The notes under the pieces: generated by a model
Told to the model about the DNA's origin: nothing
Seen by the model: only the letters and a program-made list of their open reading frames with translations
Database searches by the model: none
Origin: an uncultured delta proteobacterium
GTDB lineage: Bacteria > Desulfobacterota > Desulfuromonadia > Desulfuromonadales > JACZKF01
Assembly (NCBI GenBank): GCA_963816395.1
Contig: CAWFKQ010000009.1
Location: 128,001 to 192,000 of the forward strand
DNA: 64,000 nucleotides
Reading direction: 5' to 3'
Translations under genes and position numbers: made by a program
Shown: in pieces, positions 11,076-23,786 of the stretch
Numbering within the stretch: position 1 is the stretch's first letter
Layout: each line of letters opens with the position of its first letter

Positions 11076-12036
11076 ATGAAAGATGGAGAACAGCTGGATC
11101 GAAGCATCACCCGCGGATTCGGCCTGGCAATCGCCCTGACCGCGGTGACCCTGGTGGCGGAGACCTTCGGCGGAATCTGGACCAACTCCCTGGCGCTGCT
11201 ATCCGACGCGGCGCACGTCTTCATGGATCTTTTCGCCTTGGCCCTGTCTTTGATGGCCATCAAGCTGGCCGCCCGCCCGGCAACCGATCGCCGCACCTAC
11301 GGCTGGCACCGGGCGGAAATTTTCGCTTCTCTGATCAATGGCGCCACCCTGATCCTGATCGGCGTCGGCATTCTCCGCGAGGCCTGGGTTCGTCTGCTGC
11401 ATCCGGAGGTGGTCAAAAGCAAGGAGATGTTCATCATCGCCGTCATCGGCCTGGTGATGAATCTGGCCGCCGCCAGTCGTCTGCACCACCATTCGCACGA
11501 GGATCTGAATGTCCGCAGCGCCTTTCTCCATGTCCTCGGCGATGCCGTCGCTTCGGTGGGGGTCATCGTCGGCGGCCTGGTCATGCTCTTTACCCATTGG
11601 TACGTCCTCGATGCCGTGATCTCCATGGCTATCGTGCTGATCATTGGCTGGGGGTCTCTGCGCATCCTGCGCGAGGCCGGTCACATTCTTCTGGAAGGGG
11701 TCCCCCCCCATGTCGATATTAACTGATCTGGTGGGCAAGATGCGGCGAGTTGAGGGGGTGAACGATATCCATCACCTGCACGTCTGGTCGATCTGCTCGC
11801 ACATCTCAGCCCTCTCGGCGCATATCGATATCGAACCGGAGTACCGCCTGCAGCAGGGGGAGATCATTGGCGAAATCGAGCAGATGCTCGAGCATGACTA
11901 CCATATTACCCAGACCACTCTGCAGGGGGAATGTTCCCGCTGCATTACCGGCCCGGTGATCCAGCAGCTCGGGCATCGGCCCCGGTCCTCCAGCCTCTGC
12001 TCGCATGGCCATGCCGGTCATGAGCACAGCCCCTGA
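11076..12036 (+). CDS. CDF-family Zn/Co/Cd exporter (CzcD-like; frameshift near 11722)
   Basis: SLALLSDAAH, TYGWHRAE, NVRSAFLHVLGD, HHLHVW, His-rich tail. Confidence 0.9.
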
Positions 12037-12040
12037 TCTG

Positions 12041-12377
12041 ATGCGACGCGTCGCCGGAATTCTCCTCTGGTCCTGCCTGTTCGCCTCGCTGCTGCTGGCA
12101 ACAGACCAGCTCTTTCTGCGCGTCCCGATGCCCCTGCCGGTACTTGGCGATATCCGCATCTTCTATCTTGATTTTCGCCAGCGACTGCTGCAGCTGCCGC
12201 AACACTCGCGCCCCAGGAAAGCTGCGACGCGTCCCGTCCCCGCTGTAAAGGGCGCCCGGCCTACGCCCCGTCCCCCGGTATGTTTACGCCGATGACCAGG
12301 GCAATCTGCAGTTTGCCGAATCCCTGGAGGAAGTGCCGGCACATCTGCGCCGGGATGTCCGTCCTCTGCGCCCCTGA
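12041..12377 (+). CDS. Small membrane-anchored hypothetical protein (frameshifted)
   Basis: N-terminal TM helix MRRVAGILLWSCLF; alternate frame ends ...YVYADDQGNLQFAESLEEVPAHLRRDVRPLRP* (DUF4124-like Y..D..G...F pattern). Confidence 0.55.
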
Positions 12378-12433
12378 GAAATTTCGCGTCTCGGCAGGCT
12401 CAGCCGGACGACTCTCCCGGAGTTAATCGGCCG

Positions 12434-13225
12434 CTACGGAAGATGGCCGTAAACCTCCGGGCGCCGGTCCCGGGAACAGGGAATCTGCTCCCGGTAGTCG
12501 GCCATTTCCGCGAAATCGAAAGTGGCGATTAGTTCCGTCTCCGTCTCCCCCGCCTCGGCCAGCACCTCCCCCCGAGGCGCCAGCAGCAGGCTCATGCCGA
12601 AGAAGTCGAGATTGCCCTGGATGCCGCAGCAGTTGGCCGCCGCCACGAACAGCTGATTCTCGATGGCCCGCGCCCGTAAAAGGGTGCGCCAGTGATCCTG
12701 GCGCGGCTTCGGCCACTCCGCCGGCAGGCAGAGGATCTCCGCGCCCGCCAGGGTCAGCTTGCGGAAGAGTTCGGGAAAGCGCAGGTCATAGCAGATGGCG
12801 ATGCCGAGGCGCGCAACCGAGGTGTCGACCGTCAGTAGCCGGTCGCCGGCGGTCAAAAATCGGTCTTCCCGCATGGTGGAAAACAGGTGGAGCTTGCGAT
12901 AACGCCCGACGGTCTGTCCCCGGTCCACAACAAAAGCGGCATTGTAAACGCTTCCCCCCTCTTTTTCCGGCAGACTGCCGACGATGACCATCTCCAGTTC
13001 GGCGGAAATTTCCTCGAGCCGAGCGATGATCCGCGGCGTTTCCTCAGCCAGGGCGGGTAGTCGCCGGTAGTCATAGCCGCTGCTCCACATTTCCGGCAGA
13101 ACCGCCATTTGTGCGCCCTTTTCTCCCGCCCGCCGCAATCCGGATAAGGCTTTCTGCAGATTCATGTCGATCTGGCCGAGAACGACATTGAACTGGACCG
13201 CTGAGGCAATGACCTTTCGTGACAT
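12434..13225 (-). CDS. Carbon-nitrogen hydrolase (nitrilase/omega-amidase family)
   Basis: Catalytic E-K-C motifs LPEMW, YRKLHLF, ICYDLRFPE; ARAIENQ. Confidence 0.93.
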   Translation of the reverse strand: MSRKVIASAVQFNVVLGQIDMNLQKALSGLRRAGEKGAQMAVLPEMWSSGYDYRRLPALAEETPRIIARLEEISAELEMVIVGSLPEKEGGSVYNAAFVVDRGQTVGRYRKLHLFSTMREDRFLTAGDRLLTVDTSVARLGIAICYDLRFPELFRKLTLAGAEILCLPAEWPKPRQDHWRTLLRARAIENQLFVAAANCCGIQGNLDFFGMSLLLAPRGEVLAEAGETETELIATFDFAEMADYREQIPCSRDRRPEVYGHLP

Positions 13226-13485
13226 GCGTTTCCCTTGATAAAAACTTGTTTTACAGAAGAGTGAATATAGAACCAGCACCTAAAAGCTTATTCTATTATA
13301 AAGGATCAAATTGTTCAAACAACCTCTTATAGTTCCGGGCAGATTCCCTTGACACTGCACATTGCCGAATGATACAAAACAAGGCGTTCTAAAGTGGAGT
13401 GAAAAAATTCCGGCTGAACCAAGTTCCGGCCGGAATTTTAGTATGATCGGGTTTTGCGGTCCTCATTTAACCAAAGGATGGAATC

Positions 13486-14913
13486 GTGAAGAGATTATCT
13501 CTGGCGCTTTTGGCGGTTGTCGCGCTGGCTGCTCCGGTCTGCGCCAGCGAAGGGGGCGGCAGCACGGTGCAGGACCTGACCAGCACCGGGTATGGTTATC
13601 TGGGCGTAATCATTTTTGTCCTGGCCTACGCCCTGGTGATTGTGGAAGAGAAGCTCCACATGCGCAAGAGCAAGCCGGTGATGGTGGCCGCCGGATTCAT
13701 CTGGGTGCTGGTCGCCCTGGCCTATGCCAGCGTCGGCGATACGCACTCGCCGCACGCCGCCATCAAGGACAACCTGGTGGAGTATGCCGAGCTCTTCCTC
13801 TTCCTCCTGGCAGCGATGACCTACATAAACTCCCTGGAAGAGCGCAACGTCTTCAAGGCCCTGCGCGCCTGGCTGGTGTCGCGCGGCTTTTCCCTGCGGA
13901 CGATCTTCTGGCTCACCGGTCTGCTGGCCTTCTTCATTTCCCCTATTGCCGACAACCTGACCACGGCCTTGCTCATGGGGGCGGTAGTCATGGCGGTCGG
14001 CAAGGACAACAAGAAATTCGTCGTCCTCGCCTGTATCAATATCGTGGTCGGGGCGAATGCCGGCGGCGCCTATTCGCCCTTCGGCGACATCACCACCCTG
14101 ATGGTCTGGCAGAAAGGGAAAGTCGATTTCATCGAGTTCTTCGCCATTTTCGTCCCCTCCCTGGTCAATTGGCTGGTGCCGGCCTTCATCATGAGCTTTG
14201 CCATCAAGAAGGAGAAACCGCAGCCGCTGGAGGAGACGGTGCGGATGAAGCTGGGGGCCAGACGGATCATGGTCCTTTTCCTGCTGACCATCGCCACCGC
14301 CGTCTCCTTCCACAATTTCCTGCACCTGCCGCCGGCCGTCGGCATGATGCTGGGGCTCGGATTCCTCTCCCTCTTCGCCTACTACATCAAGAAGAGGGAG
14401 CACCGCATGATGAGCGGCGACAATCCCCTCGATGTGGGTGGTCACAACCATCAAGGCAGCGGTTTCGACCTTTTTCGCAAGATTGCCAAGGCGGAATGGG
14501 ATACCCTCCTGTTCTTCTATGGGGTCATCCTCTGCGTCGGCGGCCTCGGCCAGCTCGGCTATCTGGCCATGGTTTCCCATGCCATGTACACCGGCCTGGG
14601 GGATACCACGGCCAATGTTCTGGTGGGGGTCCTCTCATCGGTGGTCGACAACATTCCGGTGATGTATGCGGTGCTCACCATGAATCCGCACATGTCCCAT
14701 GGCCAGTGGCTGCTGGTCACCTTGACCGCCGGAGTGGGGGGAAGTCTCCTCTCCATCGGCTCGGCAGCCGGCGTGGGGCTGATGGGTACGGCCCGGGGGA
14801 TCTACACCTTCGGCCGGCATCTGGTCTGGATGCCGGCGATCGCCCTCGGCTATATTGCCAGCATCTATGTCCATCTGTGGATCAACGCCGTCCATTTCAC
14901 CGATTTCCATTAG
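13486..14913 (+). CDS. nhaD: Na+/H+ antiporter NhaD
   Basis: KSKP, ISPIADNLTTAL, ANAGGAYSPFGDITTLMVWQ, VVDNIP, GGSLLSIGSAAGV. Confidence 0.94.
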   Translation: MKRLSLALLAVVALAAPVCASEGGGSTVQDLTSTGYGYLGVIIFVLAYALVIVEEKLHMRKSKPVMVAAGFIWVLVALAYASVGDTHSPHAAIKDNLVEYAELFLFLLAAMTYINSLEERNVFKALRAWLVSRGFSLRTIFWLTGLLAFFISPIADNLTTALLMGAVVMAVGKDNKKFVVLACINIVVGANAGGAYSPFGDITTLMVWQKGKVDFIEFFAIFVPSLVNWLVPAFIMSFAIKKEKPQPLEETVRMKLGARRIMVLFLLTIATAVSFHNFLHLPPAVGMMLGLGFLSLFAYYIKKREHRMMSGDNPLDVGGHNHQGSGFDLFRKIAKAEWDTLLFFYGVILCVGGLGQLGYLAMVSHAMYTGLGDTTANVLVGVLSSVVDNIPVMYAVLTMNPHMSHGQWLLVTLTAGVGGSLLSIGSAAGVGLMGTARGIYTFGRHLVWMPAIALGYIASIYVHLWINAVHFTDFH

Positions 14914-15034
14914 GCGCCTGAGCAAAAACATCCATTTGAGCCCCAGGGAGATGGAGAGGGGAGATGAGAGAATCCTTTCTTCAGCAGTACTCTCTGGTTG
15001 AAAAGGGGGCGGGGAGGCGACTCCCCGCTTTTTC

Positions 15035-16166
15035 ATGCCCGCTCTCTACGTTCACGTCCCCTTCTGCCGCAGAAAATGCCCCTACTGCGATTTCTTTTCC
15101 GTGCCGGGCGAGGCGCGGCAACTGGCAGCCTACGTCGAACTGCTCTGCCGGCATCTGGAATTGGCTGCCGAGGCGGGCTGGCGCGGCCCCTTCGACACCG
15201 TCTTCCTGGGCGGTGGCACCCCCTCGCTGCTGCCGCCGGCGGACGTTGGCCGGATCCTGGAGGCGGCCCACCGGCCAATTCGGATGGCCGACGGGGCGGA
15301 AATCTCCCTGGAAGCCAACCCGGGGACGCTTTCTCCCGGCTCTCTGGCCGGTTACCGCGCCGCCGGGGTTAATCGCCTCTCCCTCGGATTGCAGTCCCTG
15401 AGCCGTACAAAACCTGCGGCGGCTCGGCCGCATTCATAGGCCGGCGGAGGCGGCGGACGCGGTCCGCTGGGCCCGCCGGTCCGGATTCGCCAACCTCTCC
15501 TGCGACCTGATGTTCGCCCTGCCGGGGCAGACCCGGCGAGGACTCTTGCGGGAACTGGAGGCGCTTTTGCGGCTGGAACCGGAGCATCTTTCCTGCTATG
15601 GCCTGACGGTGGAGGAGGAAACCCCCTTTTACCACCTGCACCGCGCCGGCGGCTTGCCCTTGCCGAAGGAGGAGAGGTATGCCGAGCTCTACCATACTCT
15701 TCACGAGCGCCTGACCGCGGCCGGCTATCGCCATTACGAAATCTCCAACTATGCCCGACCGGGCCGGGAGTGCCGGCACAATCTGCGTTACTGGAGCCGC
15801 CGCAGCTACCTGGGGATCGGCGCCGCTGCCCATTCCTTCTGCGCCCGGGGATGGGGTGAGCGTCTGGCGGTTCCGCCGGATCTGTCGCACTATGCCGCGC
15901 AGCTGACGGCCGGGGCGAATCCAACCGAATCCCTGGAAACTTTCGACCGGCGCGGGGCGATGGCTGAGACTCTCTATCTGGGCTTGCGCACCGAAAGCGG
16001 CATTGCCGAGGCCGAGTTCCGAAATTATTTCGGTGCGGGAGTGGCGGAAGCCTTTCCGGCGGCCGTGGCTCGCGCCGGTGAACGGCTGCGTTTAGTCGAC
16101 GGAAGCTGGCGACTGGATGTCGAAGGCTGGCTCCTCTACGATCACCTGATCACCCCATTTCTTTGA
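15035..16166 (+). CDS. hemW: Radical SAM heme chaperone HemW (frameshift near 15405)
   Basis: LYVHVPFCRRKCPYCDF, GGGTPS, YEISNYA, HNLRYW; usual position upstream of hrcA. Confidence 0.92.
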
Positions 16167-16197
16167 AAAAGTCGTAGCGTTTCCGCCCCCTTTGCCC

Positions 16198-16226
16198 TTG
16201 ACAAAGGAGGCGGCCGTTGTTATGTT
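16198..16226 (+). promoter_or_regulatory. sigma70 promoter of hrcA operon
   Basis: TTGACA, 17-nt spacer, TATGTT with extended -10 TG, just upstream of CIRCE. Confidence 0.75.
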
Positions 16227-16235
16227 GTTGATGTG

Positions 16236-16262
16236 TTAGCACTCGGACATTGGGAGTGCTAA
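16236..16262 (+). promoter_or_regulatory. CIRCE element (HrcA operator)
   Basis: Exact TTAGCACTC-N9-GAGTGCTAA. Confidence 0.98.
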
Positions 16263-16265
16263 GCG

Positions 16266-16291
16266 AAAGCCGGATACTCCGGCTTTTTTTT
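16266..16291 (+). terminator. Terminator-like hairpin in hrcA leader
   Basis: aaagccgga-tac-tccggcttt with a run of 8 T. Confidence 0.6.
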
Positions 16292-16306
16292 GGGACTGTT
16301 GGCATT

Positions 16307-17347
16307 ATGCGTGAGGAACTCAACGAGCGGAGTCGCAGAATTCTCGAGGCGATCATCGAGGATTACATTGTTTCGGCAGAGCCGGTCGGCTCCCGGGCAG
16401 TGACCCGCCGGCATCTGCTCGGCCTCTCGCCAGCGAGCGTCCGCAACGTGATGGCCGACCTGGAGGAGATGGGTTATATCAGCGCTCCGCATACCTCCGC
16501 CGGCCGGGTGCCTACGGAAAAAGGTTACCGCTATTATATCGATTCGCTCTTGCAGGTGAAACAGCTGAGCGTGCTCGATCAGCAGCGCATTGAGGAACAT
16601 TACCGGCTCAAAGGTCTGCGGATGGAGGAGACTCTGCGTGAGGTGGGGAAGGTGCTTTCGTCGATTTCCCACTATACCGGCCTCGTTCTGGCGCCGCGGT
16701 TTCACACCACATATTTTCGCCATATGGAATTCGTCCGACTCTCCAGCGGCCGGATTCTGGTCATTCTGGTGACCCAATCGGGGATCGTGCAGAATAAGCT
16801 GATCGAAACCGATGAGGACCTGAGCCAGAGCGAGCTGGAGCAGATGGGAAACTATCTGAACCACACTCTTGCCGGGCTTACCATTCAGGAGGTGAAGGCC
16901 AGGATCATCAGCGAGATGGCCCAGGAGAAAGCCTTGTACCACCGCCTTCTTAAACGAGCCCTGCAACTCTCCCGGCAGGCGATTCTCGATGAAGAGGACG
17001 GCGAGGTTTTCATCGAGGGGGCGACGCAAATGCTGGAGCAGCCCGAATTCTCCAACCTGGAGCGGATGAAACGACTCTTCCGCGCATTTGAACAGAAAAG
17101 CCAGCTGATTGAAATTCTGGATAAAAGCCAGGGGGCCGCGGGAGTGCAGATCTTTATCGGCAGTGAAAGCGAATACAGCGAAATCGAAGGATGCAGCCTG
17201 GTGACCGCGGCCTATTCCAGCCGGCGGGGAACCATCGGGACGCTGGGGGTGCTCGGCCCGACCCGCATGCCTTACTCCCTGGTCATACCGATCGTCGACT
17301 ACACGGCCCGGCTGGTCAGCAAAATCCTCGAAACCGATTCGCAATAG
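16307..17347 (+). CDS. hrcA: Heat-inducible transcription repressor HrcA
   Basis: EPVGSR, SPASVRNVMADLE, PHTSAGRVPTEKGYR, LGVLGPTRMPY. Confidence 0.97.
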   Translation: MREELNERSRRILEAIIEDYIVSAEPVGSRAVTRRHLLGLSPASVRNVMADLEEMGYISAPHTSAGRVPTEKGYRYYIDSLLQVKQLSVLDQQRIEEHYRLKGLRMEETLREVGKVLSSISHYTGLVLAPRFHTTYFRHMEFVRLSSGRILVILVTQSGIVQNKLIETDEDLSQSELEQMGNYLNHTLAGLTIQEVKARIISEMAQEKALYHRLLKRALQLSRQAILDEEDGEVFIEGATQMLEQPEFSNLERMKRLFRAFEQKSQLIEILDKSQGAAGVQIFIGSESEYSEIEGCSLVTAAYSSRRGTIGTLGVLGPTRMPYSLVIPIVDYTARLVSKILETDSQ

Positions 17348-17359
17348 GAGAGCTTAAAG

Positions 17360-17966
17360 GTGCCCAAGAAGAAAAAAAACAACGAAGAAACGACTCCTGC
17401 CGTGGAGGAAAAAGAGCCGGAAGCCTCTAAAGGCCCGGAATCAGCTGGGGAAAATGCGGAAGCGGCTCCAGTGTCAGCTGACACCACCCCCCCGACGGCG
17501 GAGGAAGAACTGGTGGCTGCCCGGGCGGTGGCGGCGAAGAACTGGGACCTTTACCTGCGCTCCCAGGCTGAGTTCGATAATTACCGCAAGCGGGTGCAGC
17601 GGGAGAAAGAGGATCTGGCCCGTTTTGCCAACGAGGCTATTCTGCGCGAGATCCTCCCGGTGGTCGATAACCTCGAGCGGGCCGTGGAGCATGCCGGCGA
17701 CAAGGGCAGTGCGGAGGGGCTGCTGGAGGGCGTGCAGATGACTCTCAGCCAGTTCCAGAGGGTACTGGACAAGTTTGGAGTGAAACCGATCCAGGCCACC
17801 GGCGAACTGTTCGATCCCGCCCGCCACGAGGCGATCGGCCAAGTAGAGAGCCGAGCAGGTGCCGCCCAATACGGTGGCCCAGGAACTGCAAAAGGGATAT
17901 TTTCTCAATGACCGGCTGCTGCGCCCCGCTCTGGTGATGGTGGCAAAAGCTCCGGCCGGCGACTGA
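17360..17966 (+). CDS. grpE: Nucleotide exchange factor GrpE (frameshift near 17850)
   Basis: [27 protein letters not shown]; alternate frame gives [16 protein letters not shown]. Confidence 0.95.
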
Positions 17967-18024
17967 AAACGGCTAAGGAACCTGTTAAAATACAGAAACG
18001 AAAGAGAAAGAGGAGGATTCAGAT

Positions 18025-19932
<1,908 letters not shown>

Positions 19933-19956
19933 CCGCAGCCGCAAAGATCGGGAAGG

Positions 19957-19993
19957 GCAACAGGAGCCGGGAAATCTTACCGGCTCCTGTTGC
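19957..19993 (+). terminator. Stem-loop between dnaK and dnaJ
   Basis: 14-bp inverted repeat gcaacaggagccgg / ccggctcctgttgc, weak U tract. Confidence 0.55.
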
Positions 19994-20068
19994 TGTTGAA
20001 ATTGTACTGACAGCGGGGGAGGATCGGTATATCATGCACATTTATCCCCGCGGACAAGGAATTTCAGA

Positions 20069-21175
20069 TTGGCAAAGCGTGACTATTATGAGGTGCTGGA
20101 CGTCCACCGCAACGCCAGCGAGACCGAGATCAAGAAAGCCTACCGCCGGCTGGCTCTGAAGTGCCATCCCGACAAGAACCCCGGGAGCAAGGAAGCTGAG
20201 GAGCAGTTCAAGGAACTCTCCGAAGCTTACGCCGTTCTCGCCGATCCGCAGAAACGGGCCACCTACGACCAGTACGGGCATGCCGGTTTGAACGGCGCCA
20301 GCTACTCGGGAGGCGGCTTCGGCGGCAGTCCCTTTGAAGACATTTTCGGCGATATCTTCGGCGATATCTTCGGCGCCGCCGGTACCCGCCGCGGCCGCGG
20401 GAAGCGAGGCGACGACCTGCGGTACAACCTCACCATCTCCTTTGAGGAAGCGGCTTTCGGTCTGGAAACCAAGATTCAGATTCCGCGCCACCAGGTCTGC
20501 TCTACCTGCCAAGGCTCCGGCGCCCGGCCGGGAACCTCCCCGAAAACCTGCCCCACCTGTCGCGGCGCCGGTCAGGTTCGCTACCAACAAGGCTTCTTCT
20601 CCCTTACCCGCCCCTGTCCAGACTGCGCGGGGGCCGGCAAGGTAATTGATAATCCCTGTCCCGAATGCCGGGGGAGCGGCCGGATCCGCGGGACAAAAAA
20701 CATGTCTCTCAAAATCCCCGCCGGGGTGGAAACCGGCAATCGCCTCAAGCTCAGCGGAGAAGGGGAGGCAGGCACCCAGGGGGGAGCGCCGGGGGACCTG
20801 TATGTGGTGATCACGGTCAAGGAGCACCCCATCTTCAAACGCGAGGGGCAGGATATCATCTGTGAGATTCCCATCTCCTTCCCGCAGGCAGCCCTCGGCT
20901 GTGAGCTGGAAGTTCCTACCCTGGAGGGGAAGGTGAAAGTCAAGGTCCCACCGGGAACCCAATCCGGCAAGGTGCTCCAGTTGGCCGGCAAGGGAATCCC
21001 TTCTCTGCAGGGATACGGACGCGGTGAGCAGTTGGTGGTGCTGCGGGTGGAGACTCCGACCCGACTGACCTCGCGGCAGAAAGAGCTGTTGGAGGAATTT
21101 GCCCGGGAAGGGGGAGAAGAAACCCATCCCCTGGGGAAGGGCTTTTTCGATAAGGTGAAGGAACTGTTTGGTTGA
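20069..21175 (+). CDS. dnaJ: Chaperone DnaJ
   Basis: J-domain HPD, G/F region, four CxxCxGxG repeats. Confidence 0.98.
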   Translation: MAKRDYYEVLDVHRNASETEIKKAYRRLALKCHPDKNPGSKEAEEQFKELSEAYAVLADPQKRATYDQYGHAGLNGASYSGGGFGGSPFEDIFGDIFGDIFGAAGTRRGRGKRGDDLRYNLTISFEEAAFGLETKIQIPRHQVCSTCQGSGARPGTSPKTCPTCRGAGQVRYQQGFFSLTRPCPDCAGAGKVIDNPCPECRGSGRIRGTKNMSLKIPAGVETGNRLKLSGEGEAGTQGGAPGDLYVVITVKEHPIFKREGQDIICEIPISFPQAALGCELEVPTLEGKVKVKVPPGTQSGKVLQLAGKGIPSLQGYGRGEQLVVLRVETPTRLTSRQKELLEEFAREGGEETHPLGKGFFDKVKELFG

Positions 21176-21200
21176 TCTGTGCAGGAGGAGGATGAGACTG

Positions 21201-23045
21201 ATGGCCATCCGAGGATTGCTGCTGCTGCTGTTCATTTCCTTGGCCGCGCCGGCTTTTTCCCTCGACCGGCTGGAACCCGCCGGCGAGGAATCGCTGCAGC
21301 GAAGCATTGAGCTTTACCGGGCGGGTCAGTCGGATGAGGCTCTCTCCCGCCTGCGGGGTTTCGTGGTGCGGCATGGAGATTCGCCGCTGCTTCCCGAAGC
21401 TTACCTTTACCTGGCCCGCATATTTCTCGACAGCGACCGCTACCAGGAGGCTCTTCTTTATCTGGAAAGAATTCCTGCCGAGCGGGTGACCCCGGAAGTT
21501 CGCCTGATCAAGGGAGCCGCCCTGGTCGGGGCGGGGGATGCCGAGGCCGGAGTCGACCTGCTGCAGTCCCTGGAGAACGAAAACCTTTCCGACACCGATC
21601 GCCGGCTGCGCCTGAAATCGCTGGCCGATGGCAATACCCGCCTGGGCAGGCCGCTGCAGGCCCTGTTTTTCATCCACCGCAGCCTGGCTCTTCCCGGGGC
21701 GAAGGAAGAAGCCATGCTGCAGCAGGCTCATTCCCTGCTGCGCGACCAGTTGAATGATGCCGAGCTGGGGGAAGCCGCCTTCATGTTCGGCGGTGCGCCC
21801 ATCGGCGAGGATGCCCGCCTGCAACAGGCGCTGCGCGCCTTCGCTGGCGGAAAGTCGGAGACCGCCCGGCAGCTGGCCGCCGAGGTGGTGCGCAGTACGG
21901 TGCCTTTCCCTTACCGGCGCGATGCGGTGCTGCTACTGGAGCGGCTGGTCGGCAATGATTGGGTGGAACGCTCGGTGGGGATCATACTGCCGCTGAACGG
22001 CCGGTATTCCACTTTCGGCCAGTTGGTCCGCCGCGGCATGGAACTGGCGTTGCAGGTTCACGGCGACAGTGCTGTACGCTTCATCTTCACCGACACCGAT
22101 GCCGACCCCGAAAAAAGCGCCCAGGCGGTCTCCGATCTTGCTAATAACCAGCGAGTCATGGCGATTGCCGGTCCCCTCACTGGCGGGGCTGCGGCGGCGG
22201 CCGCCATCCGTGCCCAGCAGGAGAGAGTTCCCCTTTTGACTCTCTCGCAGCGCGACGGTCTTGCCGAAACGGGAGACTACATTTTCCGCGATTCTCTTAC
22301 CTCCCGCCTGCAGGTACAGGCACTGGTGAAGTACGCGATGGAAGAGCGGGGGCTGAAAACCTTCGGCATTCTCTTCCCGGAGAACAAACTGGGACGGGAG
22401 ATGGCCGAGCTGTTCGCCCGTGCGGTGGCGGAGCGCGGCGGCCAGGTGGCGGCCCGGCAGAGCTACGCCGAAAATGCCACAGATTTTCGCGTGCAGGTTC
22501 GCGGACTGCAGGGCCGGGATCCGGCCGCCCCAGAGGAGGAGCCTACAGCCGGGGAGAAGAAGGAACCCGCGCCGCCTCCCTTCGAGGCCCTGTTCATTCC
22601 GGATTATGCCGACCGCATCGGCCTGATTGCGCCGCAGCTGGTTTTCTATGGGCTGGAAAATACCCAATTGCTGGGCATAAACGGCTGGAATTCACCCGAT
22701 CTGCTGCGCCTCGCCGGCTCCTACCTGGAAGGGGCGGTGTTCGTCGACGGTTTTTTCCGTTATAGCTCCTATCCTTTCGTGAAAGAATTCGTCAACCTCT
22801 ACTTCGAGAAATATGGGGAGGAGCCTACCATCCTCGAGGCCCAGGGTTTCGATGTGGCCAGCATTCTGCTCACCCAGCTGGAAAATCCGGCGGTTAAAAC
22901 CCGTGAGGAGCTGCGTCTGGCTCTTGCCGGTCTTCGCAACTATCCGGGAGTTACCGGCGCCACCAGTTTCAACCTGCAGGGGGATGCGGAAAAAATCCTT
23001 TTTCTGCTGCAGGTTCAGAATGGCAATCTGGGGCAGATCAATTGA
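21201..23045 (+). CDS. lpoA: Penicillin-binding protein activator LpoA/LppC-like
   Basis: Signal peptide, TPR-like N-part, ILPLNGRY...IAGPL...GVTG periplasmic-binding-fold motifs. Confidence 0.75.
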   Translation: MAIRGLLLLLFISLAAPAFSLDRLEPAGEESLQRSIELYRAGQSDEALSRLRGFVVRHGDSPLLPEAYLYLARIFLDSDRYQEALLYLERIPAERVTPEVRLIKGAALVGAGDAEAGVDLLQSLENENLSDTDRRLRLKSLADGNTRLGRPLQALFFIHRSLALPGAKEEAMLQQAHSLLRDQLNDAELGEAAFMFGGAPIGEDARLQQALRAFAGGKSETARQLAAEVVRSTVPFPYRRDAVLLLERLVGNDWVERSVGIILPLNGRYSTFGQLVRRGMELALQVHGDSAVRFIFTDTDADPEKSAQAVSDLANNQRVMAIAGPLTGGAAAAAAIRAQQERVPLLTLSQRDGLAETGDYIFRDSLTSRLQVQALVKYAMEERGLKTFGILFPENKLGREMAELFARAVAERGGQVAARQSYAENATDFRVQVRGLQGRDPAAPEEEPTAGEKKEPAPPPFEALFIPDYADRIGLIAPQLVFYGLENTQLLGINGWNSPDLLRLAGSYLEGAVFVDGFFRYSSYPFVKEFVNLYFEKYGEEPTILEAQGFDVASILLTQLENPAVKTREELRLALAGLRNYPGVTGATSFNLQGDAEKILFLLQVQNGNLGQIN

Positions 23046-23206
23046 CGGCAGGTTTCTCGCCTGCGGTCTGAATCCCCCCCGGGGAGGAATAGGGAATCCG
23101 GGGAGCACCCTCTCCAGCGGCTTCTCGCGGCTGAATCATTCATCTCTACAGTCCTCTCGATCCCCCCCTGTTTGACCAAAAAGCCCGTGAAAATGAGGAC
23201 TTTAAC

Positions 23207-23235
23207 TTGACGAAAAATACCCGACGTGTTATCAT
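23207..23235 (+). promoter_or_regulatory. sigma70 promoter of carD-ispDF-glnS
   Basis: TTGACG, 17-nt spacer, TATCAT with extended -10 TG. Confidence 0.7.
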
Positions 23236-23263
23236 GTTAGAATGCAAAACTTAGGAGAATCCA

Positions 23264-23749
23264 ATGTTTAAGATCGGAGACTTGGCTGTTTACCCAACCC
23301 AGGGGGTAGGGATAATCGAGGCGATTGAAGCCAAGGAGGTCAGCGGGGAACAACTGAATTTTTATATTCTGCGGATCGTCGACAGCGACATGACGATCAT
23401 GATTCCGGTTTCCAATGCCAATCTGGTGGGGATGCGGGGCCTGATTGACAAAGAACGGATCGCCTTGGTTTACGACATTCTCGAAGAAAGGCGGATGAAC
23501 GGTGTCGCGGTTGCTTCCTGGAGCCGCCGCCAGCGGGAGTACAACGAGAAAATCAAATCCGGCGACCTGTTCGAGGTAGCGGAGGTCCTGCGAGAACTTT
23601 ATCAGATTCGGGAAGACAAGGAGCTCTCCTACGGAGAAAAGAAAGTTCTGGAACTCGCCCGCAAGCTCCTGATCAAGGAGATAGCTCTAGCGGAAGGGAT
23701 GAAAGAAGAGCAGATTGCTGAGCGTGTCGAGAAGATCTTTTTTCACTAG
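23264..23749 (+). CDS. carD: CarD/CdnL RNA polymerase-binding regulator
   Basis: FKIGDLAVYPTQGVG, WSRRQRE..EKIKSG, LSYGEKK. Confidence 0.93.
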   Translation: MFKIGDLAVYPTQGVGIIEAIEAKEVSGEQLNFYILRIVDSDMTIMIPVSNANLVGMRGLIDKERIALVYDILEERRMNGVAVASWSRRQREYNEKIKSGDLFEVAEVLRELYQIREDKELSYGEKKVLELARKLLIKEIALAEGMKEEQIAERVEKIFFH

Positions 23750-23786
23750 GACTCTTAACCAACCATTCGCGCACCCCCGGAATTCC

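Noticed and set aside
20335..20392. Tandem repeat (ttcggcgatatc-like) as a repeat array
   Set aside because: It encodes the normal DIF-G repeats of the DnaJ G/F region.
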